A DNA stretch of 64,000 nt from an uncultured Chloroflexia bacterium (GTDB lineage: Bacteria; Chloroflexota; Dehalococcoidia; UBA2979). The notes beneath the pieces are model-generated. The model saw only the letters and a program-made list of their open reading frames with translations, was not told the origin of the DNA and did not search any database. The DNA lies in NCBI GenBank assembly GCA_963728205.1, contig CAVSIV010000006.1, forward strand, positions 608,001 through 672,000. Direction: 5' to 3'. This document shows, in pieces, positions 52,479 to 63,403 of the stretch (positions within the stretch are counted from its first letter, which is position 1; every line of letters starts with the position of its first letter). Both the position numbers and the translations under genes were made by a program.

Positions 52479-53411
52479 ATGAATCTCTTGAAGAAGTACG
52501 CCTGGTACGGCTTCGCCGCCGTGGGAGCGGCCACAGCGGCGATCGTGCTGCTGTTCGCCGGTCCCGGCGGCACCGCTCAGGCCCTGGCGCTGAGCAACAA
52601 CCTCGAGACGACGATCTCGGTCAGCACGAACGTGGCAACCGGGTCGAACACCTTCACTACCCTCCCGGCAATCACGCTCACCTGCGGCGTGGTCGATGTC
52701 ACCGCCGGAGCCGCGAACGGGGTCTCCGGCATCACCCTCACCCTTGGTTCCGGGTGGACGTTCCTCGGTGGTGCCGCGCCGGCCATCACCTATGCCGCCT
52801 GGCCGGCCCCCGATGGGCAGGCGACCGGCACGCTCGCATCGGCCTCGACGATCACCGATGCCATCACGACCAGCTGCAGTCCCGGTAGCGTGGTGACGTT
52901 TACGGGTGTCCAGGTCAAGCCGCTCACCAGCGGCTCGGCCAGCACGACGATCTTCGCCGACATCAACACCGCGGACGTGACCGTGGCCAGGCTCACCGCC
53001 GTCGCCGCGCCGACGCCGACGCCGACCGCTACCGCCACGGCGGCGCCGACCGCTACCGCCACGGCCGCGCCGACCGCTACCGCCACGGCCGCGCCGACCG
53101 CTACCGCCACGGCCGCGCCGACCGCTACCGCCACGGCCGCGCCCACCGCTGCCCCCACGGTCGCGCCAACCGCTGCCCCCACGGCCGTGCCGACCGCTGC
53201 CCCCTCGGGTCCGCTGGCCGGCGCCCCGACCGCTACTCCGACGCCGGTTCCAACCGGCGGCGCCCCAACGCCGGCTCCGACCGGTAACGCTGGACTCGCC
53301 AATGGACCAGACGCGGGCCTGCCCCCCTGGGCAGTGGGGCTCCTCCTCTTCGCTGTGGCCGGGCTCGCGGTGACCGCGCGCCGCCTTGTTGCCGCTCGAA
53401 CGGAACGGTAA
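52479..53411 (+). CDS. Secreted surface protein with a Pro/Thr/Ala linker and a PxTG sorting signal
   Basis: GGAGG RBS, signal peptide ending AQA, 24-bp repeats encoding APTATATA, PAPTGNAG, TM helix and basic tail. Confidence 0.8.
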   Translation: MNLLKKYAWYGFAAVGAATAAIVLLFAGPGGTAQALALSNNLETTISVSTNVATGSNTFTTLPAITLTCGVVDVTAGAANGVSGITLTLGSGWTFLGGAAPAITYAAWPAPDGQATGTLASASTITDAITTSCSPGSVVTFTGVQVKPLTSGSASTTIFADINTADVTVARLTAVAAPTPTPTATATAAPTATATAAPTATATAAPTATATAAPTATATAAPTAAPTVAPTAAPTAVPTAAPSGPLAGAPTATPTPVPTGGAPTPAPTGNAGLANGPDAGLPPWAVGLLLFAVAGLAVTARRLVAARTER

Positions 53412-53474
53412 GACCGCAGGTCCGCAGTGCAGGCCGCGAGCCAGCCTGCACTGCGCCGACCCGCACCCCTTCGT

Positions 53475-53515
53475 CATCCCCTCGCGGCGGTCCCGACCCC
53501 CGCCGCGAGGGGATG
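53475..53515. terminator. Hairpin with a 16-bp stem
   Basis: CATCCCCTCGCGGCGG-loop-CCGCCGCGAGGGGATG downstream of 53411. Confidence 0.55.
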
Positions 53516-53669
53516 TGTCTGCTGCGCCGACCGGGGCGGAACGTCGCAACCGGTCGTCTTGCTGCTCGACCGTCCGCTGCGCCCGTGACGAGCGAACGCG
53601 CGCGCGGCGCTCCGTCGCGTACCGTGGACGCGCGCGGCCGCTGCAGCCGGAGGTGACGGGATGCCCTCG

Positions 53670-53969
53670 ATGAAGCTCATCGCAGCGCTCATCCTCGCTG
53701 CGGTCCTCGTGGTGTTCGGTGCGCAGAACACGCAGTCCGTCACCTTTCACTTCCTGGTGTTCGAGGCGGGACCGCTGCCGGTCGTGCTCGTGGTGTTCGT
53801 CGCGGCCATCGTGGGAGCGCTTCTCGGTTGGATCGTGTCCGCGCCCGGCCGCCTCCGTGGGAGGCGTCGCCGCCGCGATCTCGAGCACCAGATCGCCGCG
53901 GCGCACGGGCAAGCCGCGCCCGCGGATGCACACGTCGACGAGCCGCCCTCACCCCCCACTGCGGAGTGA
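53670..53969 (+). CDS. LapA/DUF1049-family small membrane protein
   Basis: VVFGAQNTQSVTFHFL...PVVLV, two TM helices and a basic tail. Confidence 0.8.
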   Translation: MKLIAALILAAVLVVFGAQNTQSVTFHFLVFEAGPLPVVLVVFVAAIVGALLGWIVSAPGRLRGRRRRRDLEHQIAAAHGQAAPADAHVDEPPSPPTAE

Positions 53970-54041
53970 CCCGCCACACGCGACGCAGTCGCTCGGCGCG
54001 CGGGCGGTCGCGCTCAGTGCTTCACGGTCACCCTGCACCGC

Positions 54042-56147
54042 TCAGCCGGATGGCACCCGCCTGAGCAGTGCGAGCGACCGCGCGTCGAGGGTGAGGGTGG
54101 CCCCGCTTTCCGACACCGGGGACGCAGTCTGGTCGTGGATGCTCGTCGCCAGGGCTCGCTCCCAGCGCCAGTCGCCGTCCGCGACACGGGGAAGGGTGAA
54201 GTCGACCGGCGAGCCGTCGGCGTTGAACATGAGCAGGAACGAGTCATCACGGACCAATTCGCCGCGCGGGCCGCGGTCCAGCGCCTCGCCGTCGAGATAG
54301 ACCGTCAGCGCGTGGGCGAACGCCGTCTCCCAGTCCTCGTCGGTCATCTCGGAGCCGTCCGGGGGGAACCAGACGATGTCGCGGACGTCCGCGCCGTGGA
54401 CGGGGCGGTCGTGGAACCAGCGACGCCGCTGGAACGCGGGGTGCTCGCGACGGAACCGGATGAGGTCGCGCGTGAACCCGAGGAGCGCGTGGTCCGCACC
54501 CTCCCAGTCGAGCCAGCTGAGCTCGTTGTCCTGGCAGTAGGCGTTGTCGTTGCCGCCCTGCGTTCGACCAATCTCGTCGCCGGAGAGCAGCATCGGGACA
54601 CCCTGCGAGAGCAGCATCGTGGCGAGGAAGTTGCGCTGCTGAACGGCGCGCAGCGCGTTCGTCGCCGGGTCGTCGGTCGGCCCCTCGCTGCCGCAGTTCC
54701 ATGAGCGGTTCTGGCTCTCGCCGTCCCGGTTGTCTTCGCCGTTCGCTTCGTTGTGCTTCTCGTTGTACGAGACGAGGTCGCGGAGCGTGAAGCCGTCGTG
54801 CGCGGTGACGAAGTTCACGCTGGCGAACGGACTGCGGCCGTTGCTCTGGTAGAGGTCCGAGCTCCCCGTCAGCCGCGTGGCGAACTCCGCGAGGCCGGCC
54901 GGCTCGCCGCGCCAGTAGTCGCGCACGGTGTCGCGGTACTTCCCGTTCCACTCCGCCCAGAGTGGCGGGAAGTTGCCGACCTGGTAGCCGCCGTCGCCGA
55001 CATCCCACGGCTCGGCGATCAGCTTCACCTGGCTGATCACGGGATCCTGATGGATCACGTCGAAGAACGCCGAGAGCCGGTCGACGTCGTACAGCCCGCG
55101 CGCGAGCTCCGCGGCGAGATCGAAGCGAAAGCCGTCTACGTGCATCTCGAGCACCCAGTACCGCAGCGAATCCATGATCAACTGCAGCACGCTCGCATGC
55201 CGGGTGTTCAGGCTATTCCCCGTGCCCGTGTAGTCCATGTAATGGCGCGGGTCGCCCTCGACGAGGCGGTAATACGTGGCGTTGTCGATCCCCTTGAAGC
55301 AGAGCTCCGGACCCAGGTGGTTCTGCTCGGCCGTGTGGTTGTAGACCACGTCGAGAATCACCTCGATCCCGGCCGCATGGAGCGCCTTCACCATCTCCTT
55401 GAACTCGCGTACCTGTTCGCCGAGCGCTCCGGCGCTGGCATACGCGCTGTGCGGCGCGAGAAAGCCGATCGAGTTGTAGCCCCAGTAGTTGCGCAGGCCC
55501 ATCTCGACGAGACGCGGGTCGTGCACGAACTGGTGCACCGGCATCAGCTCGATCGCCGTGACACCCAGCGCCGTGAGGTACTCGAGCGACGCCGCGTGGG
55601 CGAGCCCCGCGTAGGTGCCCCGCAGCGCCGGCGGCACGTCCGGGTTCCGCATGCTGAACCCCTTCACGTGCAGCTCGTAAACCACCGTCTCGTGCAACGG
55701 GGTGTGCGGCCGCTGGTCGTCACCCCAGTCGAACGCAGGATCGATCACGACCGACTTCGGCACGAAGGGTGCGCTGTCGTCGTCGTTCCGCGCGTTCTCG
55801 TCGTCCTGCTGGTACGGGAAGACCGCGTGCTCCCACTGGACCTCCCCGGCGACCGCCTTGGCGTAGGGGTCGAGCAGCAGCTTCGCGGGGTTGCAGCGGC
55901 GGCCCGACCCGGGATCCCAGGGGCCGTGCACCCGAAACCCGTACCGCTGTCCGGGCGCGACGCCCGGCAGATAGCCGTGCCAGACGAAGCCGGTGACCTC
56001 CGGCAGGTCGACGTGCGTCTCGCCCTGGTTCTCATCGAAGAGACAGAGCTCGACGCGCTCCGCCACTTCCGAGAACAGCGAGAAATTGCAGCCCGCGCCG
56101 TCCCACGTCGCACCCAGCGGATACGGACGCCCGGGCCAGATCTCCAT
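54042..56147 (-). CDS. glgX: Glycogen debranching enzyme (isoamylase, GH13)
   Basis: [39 protein letters not shown] and [11 protein letters not shown] motifs. GGAGGAG RBS. Confidence 0.97.
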   Translation of the reverse strand: MEIWPGRPYPLGATWDGAGCNFSLFSEVAERVELCLFDENQGETHVDLPEVTGFVWHGYLPGVAPGQRYGFRVHGPWDPGSGRRCNPAKLLLDPYAKAVAGEVQWEHAVFPYQQDDENARNDDDSAPFVPKSVVIDPAFDWGDDQRPHTPLHETVVYELHVKGFSMRNPDVPPALRGTYAGLAHAASLEYLTALGVTAIELMPVHQFVHDPRLVEMGLRNYWGYNSIGFLAPHSAYASAGALGEQVREFKEMVKALHAAGIEVILDVVYNHTAEQNHLGPELCFKGIDNATYYRLVEGDPRHYMDYTGTGNSLNTRHASVLQLIMDSLRYWVLEMHVDGFRFDLAAELARGLYDVDRLSAFFDVIHQDPVISQVKLIAEPWDVGDGGYQVGNFPPLWAEWNGKYRDTVRDYWRGEPAGLAEFATRLTGSSDLYQSNGRSPFASVNFVTAHDGFTLRDLVSYNEKHNEANGEDNRDGESQNRSWNCGSEGPTDDPATNALRAVQQRNFLATMLLSQGVPMLLSGDEIGRTQGGNDNAYCQDNELSWLDWEGADHALLGFTRDLIRFRREHPAFQRRRWFHDRPVHGADVRDIVWFPPDGSEMTDEDWETAFAHALTVYLDGEALDRGPRGELVRDDSFLLMFNADGSPVDFTLPRVADGDWRWERALATSIHDQTASPVSESGATLTLDARSLALLRRVPSG

Positions 56148-56351
56148 CTCCTCCTCCGTCCGTCCGGCCATCCCGTGTGCCGAATGCCCTTCTCGGCGGC
56201 CGCGTCAGCCGCACGCGCCCTGAGCGGGGCGGCGACTCGGCCGCCGTCGGGACGTGCGCGGCAATCGAAGCGACGGTGGCGCGCCGCCGGCGGCGCCCGC
56301 CCTGATGCGGCCGACCGGCCGGAGCCTCGGACGCCCCCGGGGCTCATGGGT

Positions 56352-56546
56352 TCACGTCAGCGCGACGCGCTCCTCGACCTGGTCTTCGGAGCACAGCTGT
56401 TCGCTGCCGGCGCGCGACGGATTGTGCGGGCTCTCGATGTGGCGGACCCGGATCCAGCGGCCCTCCACCGTCGGTGCGATGACTTCGGCGATCGTGCCAT
56501 CCGCCAACCGGACGCGATCACCGACCTCCAGGTCGAACAAATCCAT
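56352..56546 (-). CDS. Small hypothetical protein
   Basis: GAGGTGAGG RBS; LEVGDRVRLADGTIAEV, SH3-like pattern. Confidence 0.6.
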   Translation of the reverse strand: MDLFDLEVGDRVRLADGTIAEVIAPTVEGRWIRVRHIESPHNPSRAGSEQLCSEDQVEERVALT

Positions 56547-56777
56547 GCCTCACCTCGATCGGAGCATCGGCGCCGGCCGGGCCGCTCGCTCTCGCGCATC
56601 CATTATCCACGGAGCCCGTGCGGAGCCGGTGGCACGGCAGCTCGACGGCAGCCGCCCCCGTCGGCCGGGCCCGCGACGGCGCCGGCACGCGCCACGACGT
56701 CGCGGCGCACCGCGCGGCCGACGGGCCCTCGATGGGCCGCTAGGATGACCGCACGTGCGGGTATCCGCGACGCGGAG

Positions 56778-58322
56778 ATGAGCATGGCGGACCTTCGCCT
56801 GGCCGAGCTCGTAACGGCGCTCTCGCTGGCCACCGACCTGGGCATGGGCCAGCCGATGGAGCACGCCCTCCGCACCTGCCTGGTCTCCTTGCGCCTCGGC
56901 CGGGCGCTCGGGCTGGAGCCGGACGAGCTGCGCGACGTCTACTACGTGGCGCTCCTGCGCTTCATCGGGTGCACGGCCGACAGCCACGAGACCGCCGTCG
57001 CCGTCGGCGGCGACGAGATCGCCTTCCGCGAGAACGCCGCACCCGCGCTCGGCGGGTCACAGCTCGAGTTCGTTGCCCGTGCCGTCACGGGGCTCGGCCG
57101 CGGCGGGGGCGCGCGCGGACGGGCGCGGGCGGTGGGCGGCTTCCTCGCGCACGGACGTCGCATCCCGGCCGGCATCGCGGCGCACTGCGAGCTCGCCGAG
57201 CTCCTCGCGCGGCGCCTGGGGCTCGGCGCCCGCGCGCGGCGCGGCCTCGCCCACGGGCTGGAGCGCTGGGACGGGCACGGGATGCCCCGGGGAATCGCCG
57301 GCGAGGCGATCGAGCGGTCCGCGCGCATCGTCTTCCTCGCGCGCGACGTCGACGTGCTGTACCGCGCCGTCGGCGCGGGCGAGGCGGCGGCCATTGTGCA
57401 TCGCCGTCGCGGACGCTCGTACGATCCGGCGGTCGTCGACGCATTCGAGCGGTGCCGCGGCGACCTCGACGAGGATCTTGAGACCGACGCCGTCTGGGAG
57501 CGCGTGATGGAGGCGGAGCCAGAGCCGCGCGTCGCGGTCCCCGCGTCCGGCCTCGACGGCCTGCTCGAGGTGTTCGCGGACTTCGTCGACGTGAAGTCGC
57601 CGTACACGCTCGGTCACTCGCGGGCCGTCGCGGCCCTCGCAGCGGCCGCGGCGCCCGCCGCGGGGCTGCACGCCGCGGAGGCCGTCGCCGTGCGCCGCGC
57701 CGCGCTCGTTCACGACCTCGGACGTGTCGGCGTGCCGAACGGCGTGTGGGACCGGCCGGGCCCGCTCGGCGACGCCGACTGGGAACGGGTGCGTCTCCAC
57801 ACCTACTACAGCGAGCGCATCCTCGCCCGCTCGCCGATGCTGGCGCCGCTGGCGACGATCGCCGGGATGCATCACGAGCGGCTCGACGGCTCCGGCTACC
57901 ACCGCGGCGCCGCGACCGGCATCCCCGCCGCCGCCCGGCTGCTCGCGGCCGCGGACGCCTACCAGGCGATGACGCAGGCGCGCGCGCACCGGCCGGCGCT
58001 CCGGCCCGATGAAGCGGCCGCGCAGCTGCACGCCGAGGTCGCCGCCGGCCGGCTGGACCGGGTCGCCGCCGACGCCGTCCTCGGCGCCGCCGGCCAGCCG
58101 CGCGTGCCGAGCCGCTCGCCCTGGCCGGCCGGGCTCACCGATCGCGAGGTCGAGGTCCTCCGGATGATCGCCCGTGGGCAGACGAAGCGCGCGGTGGCGG
58201 AGACGCTCGTGATCGCGCCGGCCACAGTCGACCACCACGTACGGCACATCTACGAGAAGGCCGGCGTCTCCAGCCGCGCCGCAGCGGCCGTCTTCGCGCT
58301 CGACCACGGCCTCCTCACGTAG
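56778..58322 (+). CDS. HD-GYP-type phosphohydrolase-domain protein with a C-terminal LuxR HTH
   Basis: LSLATDLGMGQPMEH, ERWDG, GHSRAV, HDLGRVG, HHERLDGSGYHRG and GLTDREVEVL...HIYEK motifs. Confidence 0.92.
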   Translation: MSMADLRLAELVTALSLATDLGMGQPMEHALRTCLVSLRLGRALGLEPDELRDVYYVALLRFIGCTADSHETAVAVGGDEIAFRENAAPALGGSQLEFVARAVTGLGRGGGARGRARAVGGFLAHGRRIPAGIAAHCELAELLARRLGLGARARRGLAHGLERWDGHGMPRGIAGEAIERSARIVFLARDVDVLYRAVGAGEAAAIVHRRRGRSYDPAVVDAFERCRGDLDEDLETDAVWERVMEAEPEPRVAVPASGLDGLLEVFADFVDVKSPYTLGHSRAVAALAAAAAPAAGLHAAEAVAVRRAALVHDLGRVGVPNGVWDRPGPLGDADWERVRLHTYYSERILARSPMLAPLATIAGMHHERLDGSGYHRGAATGIPAAARLLAAADAYQAMTQARAHRPALRPDEAAAQLHAEVAAGRLDRVAADAVLGAAGQPRVPSRSPWPAGLTDREVEVLRMIARGQTKRAVAETLVIAPATVDHHVRHIYEKAGVSSRAAAAVFALDHGLLT

Positions 58323-58381
58323 CGGCGCCCTCGCGTCGCCGTCCGGCTCGGACGTGCACACCCGGCCAGGACCGCGCGGGA

Positions 58382-58399
58382 ATAGCGCGATCGCGCGAT
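58382..58399. promoter_or_regulatory. Near-palindromic site upstream of the hydrolase gene
   Basis: ATAGCGCGATCGCGCGAT between the LuxR-type regulator and the next gene. Confidence 0.4.
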
Positions 58400-58455
58400 G
58401 CCGCGTGCCCTCACCCCCTTCAACCTCACCCGTGTAGCGCTGAAGGGAGCGTGCC

Positions 58456-59262
58456 ATGCCAACCATCTCCGTGAACGACGCGACCATCTACTACGAGGAG
58501 CGAGGCGAGGGCCCGGCCGTCCTGTTCGTGCACGGCATGTGCGGGAACGCGGACGTCTGGCGTGATCAGGTCGACCGGCTGTCGGACGCCTTCCGCTGCG
58601 TCGCCTACGACCGGCGGGGACACACGCGGAGCACACTGGGCGGCGTCGAGCAGCGGAGCGTAGAGCTGCACGCCGACGACGACGCCGCGCTGATCCGCGC
58701 GCTCGACCTGGCGCCGTGCCTCCTCGTCGGCAGCAGCTCCGGTGCGCGCATCGGACTGGACGTCGCGCGTCGCTCCCCCGAGCTGCTGAGGGGCGCCGTC
58801 CTCTCGGAGCCGCCGCTGTTCGCGCTCGACCCCGAGGGCGGGGCGCAGTTCATGGCCGACGTTCGGCCCCGCGTCGAGGACGCGATGCGGACGGGCGGTC
58901 CGCCCGCGGCCGTCGACGCCTTCCTCGACTTCGTCGCCCCCGGCCTGCTCGACGGTGACGAGCGCCGGCGCGCGGCCTACCACGCGAACGCGGGCGAACT
59001 CCTGCCGGACCTGCAGATGCCCCCGTACGTGGTCACCGCCGAGGACCTCGCCGCACTGCGCGTCCCGTGCCTCGCACTTCGCGGGGACCGCAGTCACGCG
59101 CTGTTCATGCGGATCGTCGATCGGCTGGCGGCGGCCGTCCCGGGCGCGGAACGGGTCGTGCTCGGCGATGCGAACCACTCGACGTACGTCGACCAGCCGC
59201 GCGCCTTCTCCGAGGCGGTGCGGTCGTTCGCGATGCGCCATGCGAGCGTGGCGACGCGCTGA
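58456..59262 (+). CDS. Alpha/beta hydrolase
   Basis: VLFVHG, YDRRGH, nucleophile GSSSG and C-terminal His (ANHS). Confidence 0.9.
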   Translation: MPTISVNDATIYYEERGEGPAVLFVHGMCGNADVWRDQVDRLSDAFRCVAYDRRGHTRSTLGGVEQRSVELHADDDAALIRALDLAPCLLVGSSSGARIGLDVARRSPELLRGAVLSEPPLFALDPEGGAQFMADVRPRVEDAMRTGGPPAAVDAFLDFVAPGLLDGDERRRAAYHANAGELLPDLQMPPYVVTAEDLAALRVPCLALRGDRSHALFMRIVDRLAAAVPGAERVVLGDANHSTYVDQPRAFSEAVRSFAMRHASVATR

Positions 59263-59400
59263 CGTCGTCGCTGCGGCACCCGAACCGCGGGCCCGCCGCG
59301 ACAATCCGCGCCGTGTACCGGCTCGGCCGCCGCCCGCCAACGTCGCGCCGTCGTGCGCGACGCCGTGCCGCGGCGCACGTCGGCGGCGTGCGATCACCGC

Positions 59401-59889
59401 TCACGAGCCGAGCGTGATCAGCCGTCCCCAGTCGAACGCCGACGGCCCGCCGCCCGCCTCCGGCGCGACGCCCACCCACGCGTGCGCGTGCGCGGTGCCC
59501 GCGGTGAGCACGCCGGCGCCACGCACGACGACGTCCGCCGACCACGCCTGCGCCGTCCCGGTGCATGCCGACGACGCCGTGCCGGTCGCCGCGACGCCGT
59601 CCTTCCAGACCATCACCCAGATCTGGACCGGAACCGCGTCCGCCGTGGGCCCTTCGCAGTCGACCGTCCCGGCGACGTGGACGGTGTGCCCGTCGGCGGC
59701 CAGGCTCGCCGTCGGGGCGAAGTTGCTGAACAGCTCCGGGGTGCTCTGGTCCGTCTTCTTCGTGATGATGATCGCCTTCGCCGCGGACGCGACGGTCGTC
59801 AGCATCAGTGCCGCGACGAGGGCGCAGGCCAGCGCGGTCGCCGCTCGACGGGCGGGGACGCGCCCGCGCCCCGACATCCACAGTTGCAT
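59401..59889 (-). CDS. Secreted hypothetical protein
   Basis: GGAGGGG RBS, signal peptide ending AKA, beta-rich domain with a Cys pair. Confidence 0.65.
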   Translation of the reverse strand: MQLWMSGRGRVPARRAATALACALVAALMLTTVASAAKAIIITKKTDQSTPELFSNFAPTASLAADGHTVHVAGTVDCEGPTADAVPVQIWVMVWKDGVAATGTASSACTGTAQAWSADVVVRGAGVLTAGTAHAHAWVGVAPEAGGGPSAFDWGRLITLGS

Positions 59890-60265
59890 CGATCCCCTCC
59901 TTCGCACCGCGCGCGACGCCATCCGGCCCGACAATGGCCGCCGGCACCCACGCGCGCGCCGTCACCGTCGGACCGTGCACTGAGGATCTCGGCCCGACAC
60001 CTGCGGCCGCGCGATCGCATCGGGCCGCTCGCGCACCCTAGATCACGCGAGGACGCCGTCGCATCGGACGTCCGTCCGATTCGCGGACTCCGCGGCGACG
60101 CCGCCGCGGCGACGATGACGGTGATCGGCGATCCGCCGGATGCGATGCCGGCGCCGGTCGTCGAACTCGCCGCCCGCGACGCCGCTATCATCCGTCGCCC
60201 CGGCTGCTCCACTCCCCGGGCGCGGAGCGGATCGCGGGCATCCTCGGCGGACGGAACGGACGACG

Positions 60266-61507
60266 ATGGTCGACACCGATTACCCCCTGCTCGAGCCCGC
60301 GCACGAGGCGCGCCGGCTCGCCGCCCTCGAGCGGCTCGAGGTGCTGGACTCCGAGCCGGAGGCGACGTTCGAGGCCGTCGTCGCCGCGCTGGCGGCCGCG
60401 CTCGACGCGCCGATCGCGCTGATCACGCTGGTCGACCGCGAACGCTGCTGGTACAAGGCCGAGCTCGGGATGGGCGTCTCGGAGATGCCCCGTGCCGACA
60501 ACATGTGCGACGCCGTCCTCCAGCTCGATGACGTCTACGTCGTCCCCGATGCCCGGGCCGCGACCGGCCTCGTCACCGCGCCGCTGCGCCGAAAGGGCCT
60601 GCGCGCCTACATCGGCGCGCCGCTGCGGTCGCGCGAGGGCGTGCCGATTGGCACGCTCTGCGCCGTCGACACGCGGCCGCGCGACGTCACGGCGCGCGAG
60701 ACCGGCATCGTGTCGGCGCTCGCCGCGGTGGTGAGCGACGCGCTGGAGCTGCGGCTGCACGCGCGACGCATGGCGCAGGCGGAAGAGTCGCTGCGCGAGC
60801 TGAACCGGCGGCTGGCGGCGGCGAACGAGAACAAGAGCGCCTTCCTCGCCAGCATGTCGCACGAGCTGCGCACCCCGCTCAACGGCATCCTCGGCGCCTC
60901 CGAGCTGCTCGGCGCGGGGCTCTTCGGCGATCTCAACGCCAAGCAGGCGGAGTACGTGCACGACATCCACCAGAGCGGGACGCATCTGCTCAGCCTGATC
61001 AACGACATCCTCGACCTCTCGCGGATCGAGGCCGGCCAGACGGAGCTCGATCGCGAGCCGCTCGACGTCGGGCGGCTGATGGAGAGCAGCGCCGCCGTCG
61101 TGCGCGGGATTGCGACCGCGAAGTCGCTCGCCCTCGACGTCGTTCCCCCGCCCGAGCCCATCGCGGTCCTCGTCGACGAGCGCCGCATCAAGCAGGTGGC
61201 CTGCAACCTCCTCAGCAACGCGGTGAAGTTCGCGCCCGAGCACGGACACGTCCGCTTCCTGGCGCGCCGCGCCGGCGGCGAGGTCGTGTTCAGCGTGGAG
61301 GACGACGGCCCCGGCGTCCCGCCGGCCCACCGCGAGCGCATCTTCGAGCAGTTCTTCCGCCTCCCGAGCGACCAGGAGGGGACGGGACTCGGGCTGACGG
61401 TGGCGAAGCAGCTCGTGGAGCTCCACGGCGGCCGCATCTGGCTCGACGCCGGGACCGGGCGCGGCAGCCGCTTCTGCTTCTCGGTCCCGCTCGAGGCACC
61501 GCGATAG
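60266..61507 (+). CDS. GAF-domain sensor histidine kinase
   Basis: EARRLAAL...LDSEPE, MSHELRTPLN, NLLSNAVKF, DDGPG and GTGLGL motifs. Confidence 0.93.
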   Translation: MVDTDYPLLEPAHEARRLAALERLEVLDSEPEATFEAVVAALAAALDAPIALITLVDRERCWYKAELGMGVSEMPRADNMCDAVLQLDDVYVVPDARAATGLVTAPLRRKGLRAYIGAPLRSREGVPIGTLCAVDTRPRDVTARETGIVSALAAVVSDALELRLHARRMAQAEESLRELNRRLAAANENKSAFLASMSHELRTPLNGILGASELLGAGLFGDLNAKQAEYVHDIHQSGTHLLSLINDILDLSRIEAGQTELDREPLDVGRLMESSAAVVRGIATAKSLALDVVPPPEPIAVLVDERRIKQVACNLLSNAVKFAPEHGHVRFLARRAGGEVVFSVEDDGPGVPPAHRERIFEQFFRLPSDQEGTGLGLTVAKQLVELHGGRIWLDAGTGRGSRFCFSVPLEAPR

Positions 61508-61936
61508 TCAGTCCGCGGCGGCGCCGCCGAGCAGGTCGCCCACGACCGCCAGGAACTCGCCGAAGCGCAGCGGCTTCGTGAGGTGCACGTCGCAACCGGC
61601 GTCCCGCACCCGCTGCTCGTCCGCCGGCATCGCGTACGCGGTCACGGCCACCACGGGGATCGCGCGTGTCGCCGGGGCGGCCTTCAGCCGGCGCGTGACC
61701 TCGACCCCGTCGAGGTCGGGCAGCCCGATGTCCATCACGACCAGGTCGAACCGCTCCGCCGCCCGCGCCAGCGCGCCGTAGCCGGTCGTGGCCTCCGCCG
61801 TCTCGTAGCCATGCGCGGCGAGCACGTCCCGCATCAGCTTGAGGCTGATCGCATCGTCCTCCACGAGCAGGATCCGCTTGCGGACCGCCCCGGCCCCACC
61901 CTCGCCGGGCGGCTGCGGGCGCCCCTCCGGGCTCAC
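61508..61936 (-). CDS. Single-domain response regulator (DivK/CheY-like)
   Basis: ILLVEDD, VMDIGLPDLDG, VTAYAM and TKP motifs. GTG overlaps the TGA of the upstream regulator. Confidence 0.85.
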   Translation of the reverse strand: MSPEGRPQPPGEGGAGAVRKRILLVEDDAISLKLMRDVLAAHGYETAEATTGYGALARAAERFDLVVMDIGLPDLDGVEVTRRLKAAPATRAIPVVAVTAYAMPADEQRVRDAGCDVHLTKPLRFGEFLAVVGDLLGGAAAD

Positions 61937-62626
61937 GACGGCCTCGTCGCGAAGCGATAGCCGAAGCCGCGCTCGGTGCGCAGCCAGCGCGGGCTCGCGG
62001 GATTCCGGCTCGAGCTTCTTGCGGAGCCGCCACAGGTAGACCCGCAGGAAGTCGACGTCGTCGACGTACTCGGGTCCCCAGATCTCCGACAGCAGCGCGG
62101 CCTGCGGCCGCACACGGTCGGGCGCCGCCGCGAGCGCGACGAGCAGCCGGAACTCCGTCGGCGTCAGCTCGACCCGCTCGCCGTCGCGCGTGACGCGGTG
62201 CCCGGCCGAGTCGATCGCCAGCCGGTCGTCCTGGTAGAGCAGGTCGCTCTCGGTCGCCTCGGACGCGCGCGTGCGCCGCAGGACGGCCCGGACGCGGGCG
62301 ACGAGGTGCGCCGGAGAGATCGGCTTCGAGACGAAGTCGTCCGCGCCCAGGTCGAGGCCGCGGATCATCTCCTCTTCGCGCTCCAGCGACGTGAGCATGA
62401 CGACGGGAACGTCGGAGAGCTCGCGCAGCCGGGCGCAGACGGTCCAGCCGTCCATGCCGGGCATGAGCACGTCCAGCAGCACGAGGTCGGGACGCGACTC
62501 GTAGAGCAGCCGCAGGCCCTCGACGCCGTCGGCCGCCTCCACGACGCCGAGACCGGCATGGGTCAGCGCGTCGCGCGCGACCTTCCGGTCGAGATCGTTG
62601 TCATCGATGATCAGCACGCAAGCCAT
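61933..62626 (-). CDS. OmpR-family response regulator (one-base frameshift near 62005)
   Basis: IIDDN, LLDVLMP, SKP, LTPTEFRLL...LRKKLEP, then in a shifted frame PASPRWLRTERGFGYRF. Confidence 0.87.
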
Positions 62627-62733
62627 CTGGCCGTCCGAACCTCGATGCGCGAGCCGTGGACCGCCCGGATCCTAGGCCGTCCGCCCGCGCGTACACAGGG
62701 TCCGGAGGGCCCGGGCTCCCAAGATTTATCCAG

Positions 62734-62761
62734 CGTTCACCGGCCGTTCATGAGCCGTTGA
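62734..62761. promoter_or_regulatory. Three CGTT(C/G)A direct repeats at 11-bp spacing (OmpR-type box)
   Basis: CGTTCAccggc CGTTCAtgagc CGTTGA in the divergent promoter region. Confidence 0.5.
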
Positions 62762-62846
62762 TCTCCGGGGCGCGATGCTGCCGCCACCGGCCGGGCGCGG
62801 GCGAACGCCCGTCCCGACCGGCAACGGAGCGCGAAGGGAGAGACGC

Positions 62847-63227
62847 ATGCGAGCATCCATGGGTGAGCTGCCGGTGTTGCTCGAGGCCGGCCCGGCGTCG
62901 GTGCGGGGAGCGGACTGGGGCGGTATGCGCGTCGCGGTCGTGTCGGTTCCCGCCGGCACCGACTTCGGTCCGCTGCTGGCCGGCCTGCCGCGAGATCGCT
63001 GCCAGGCCCCCCACTGGGGGTACGTGATCAAGGGCCGGCTCCGGGTGGAGTTCGAGGACGACGTCGAGATCCTGCAGGCCGGCGACTACTACCACCTGAA
63101 GCCGGGGCACACCGGCGTCGCCGAGGAGGACACCGAGTTCATCGAGGTCAGCCCGCCCGACGCGCACCAGCGCTTCATCGAGAACGCGCGGCGAAACCTC
63201 GGCGCGATGGCGCGGGCGGCGACGTAG
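62847..63227 (+). CDS. Cupin-domain protein
   Basis: CQAPHWGYVIKG...AGDYYHLKPGH...EVSP. GGGAG RBS. Confidence 0.85.
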   Translation: MRASMGELPVLLEAGPASVRGADWGGMRVAVVSVPAGTDFGPLLAGLPRDRCQAPHWGYVIKGRLRVEFEDDVEILQAGDYYHLKPGHTGVAEEDTEFIEVSPPDAHQRFIENARRNLGAMARAAT

Positions 63228-63403
63228 TCGGCCCTCCCGTGGGCCGGCACGATCATGTCGCGCGCGCGGTCGGCCGGACCGCGCGCGCGTCGCTCTCCGG
63301 ACCCCCCTCGTCGAGGTCCGTCCGCCGCACGCGGTTGTGGGCCCGCGCCGACGGGGAGCGGCACGTCGATCGCAGCCGGACAGGCGCGTCGCGCCGCGAA
63401 GCA

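Noticed and set aside
54753-56777. N-terminal extension making a 1189-aa HD-GYP ORF
   Set aside because: It is the antisense shadow of glgX in GC-rich DNA. The recognisable protein starts near 56778.
61508-62626. 372-aa REC-wHTH-REC fusion in the ORF track
   Set aside because: The wHTH ending (LRTERGFGYRF-stop) lies in another frame and overlaps a GTG start. One extra base near 62005 explains the apparent fusion.
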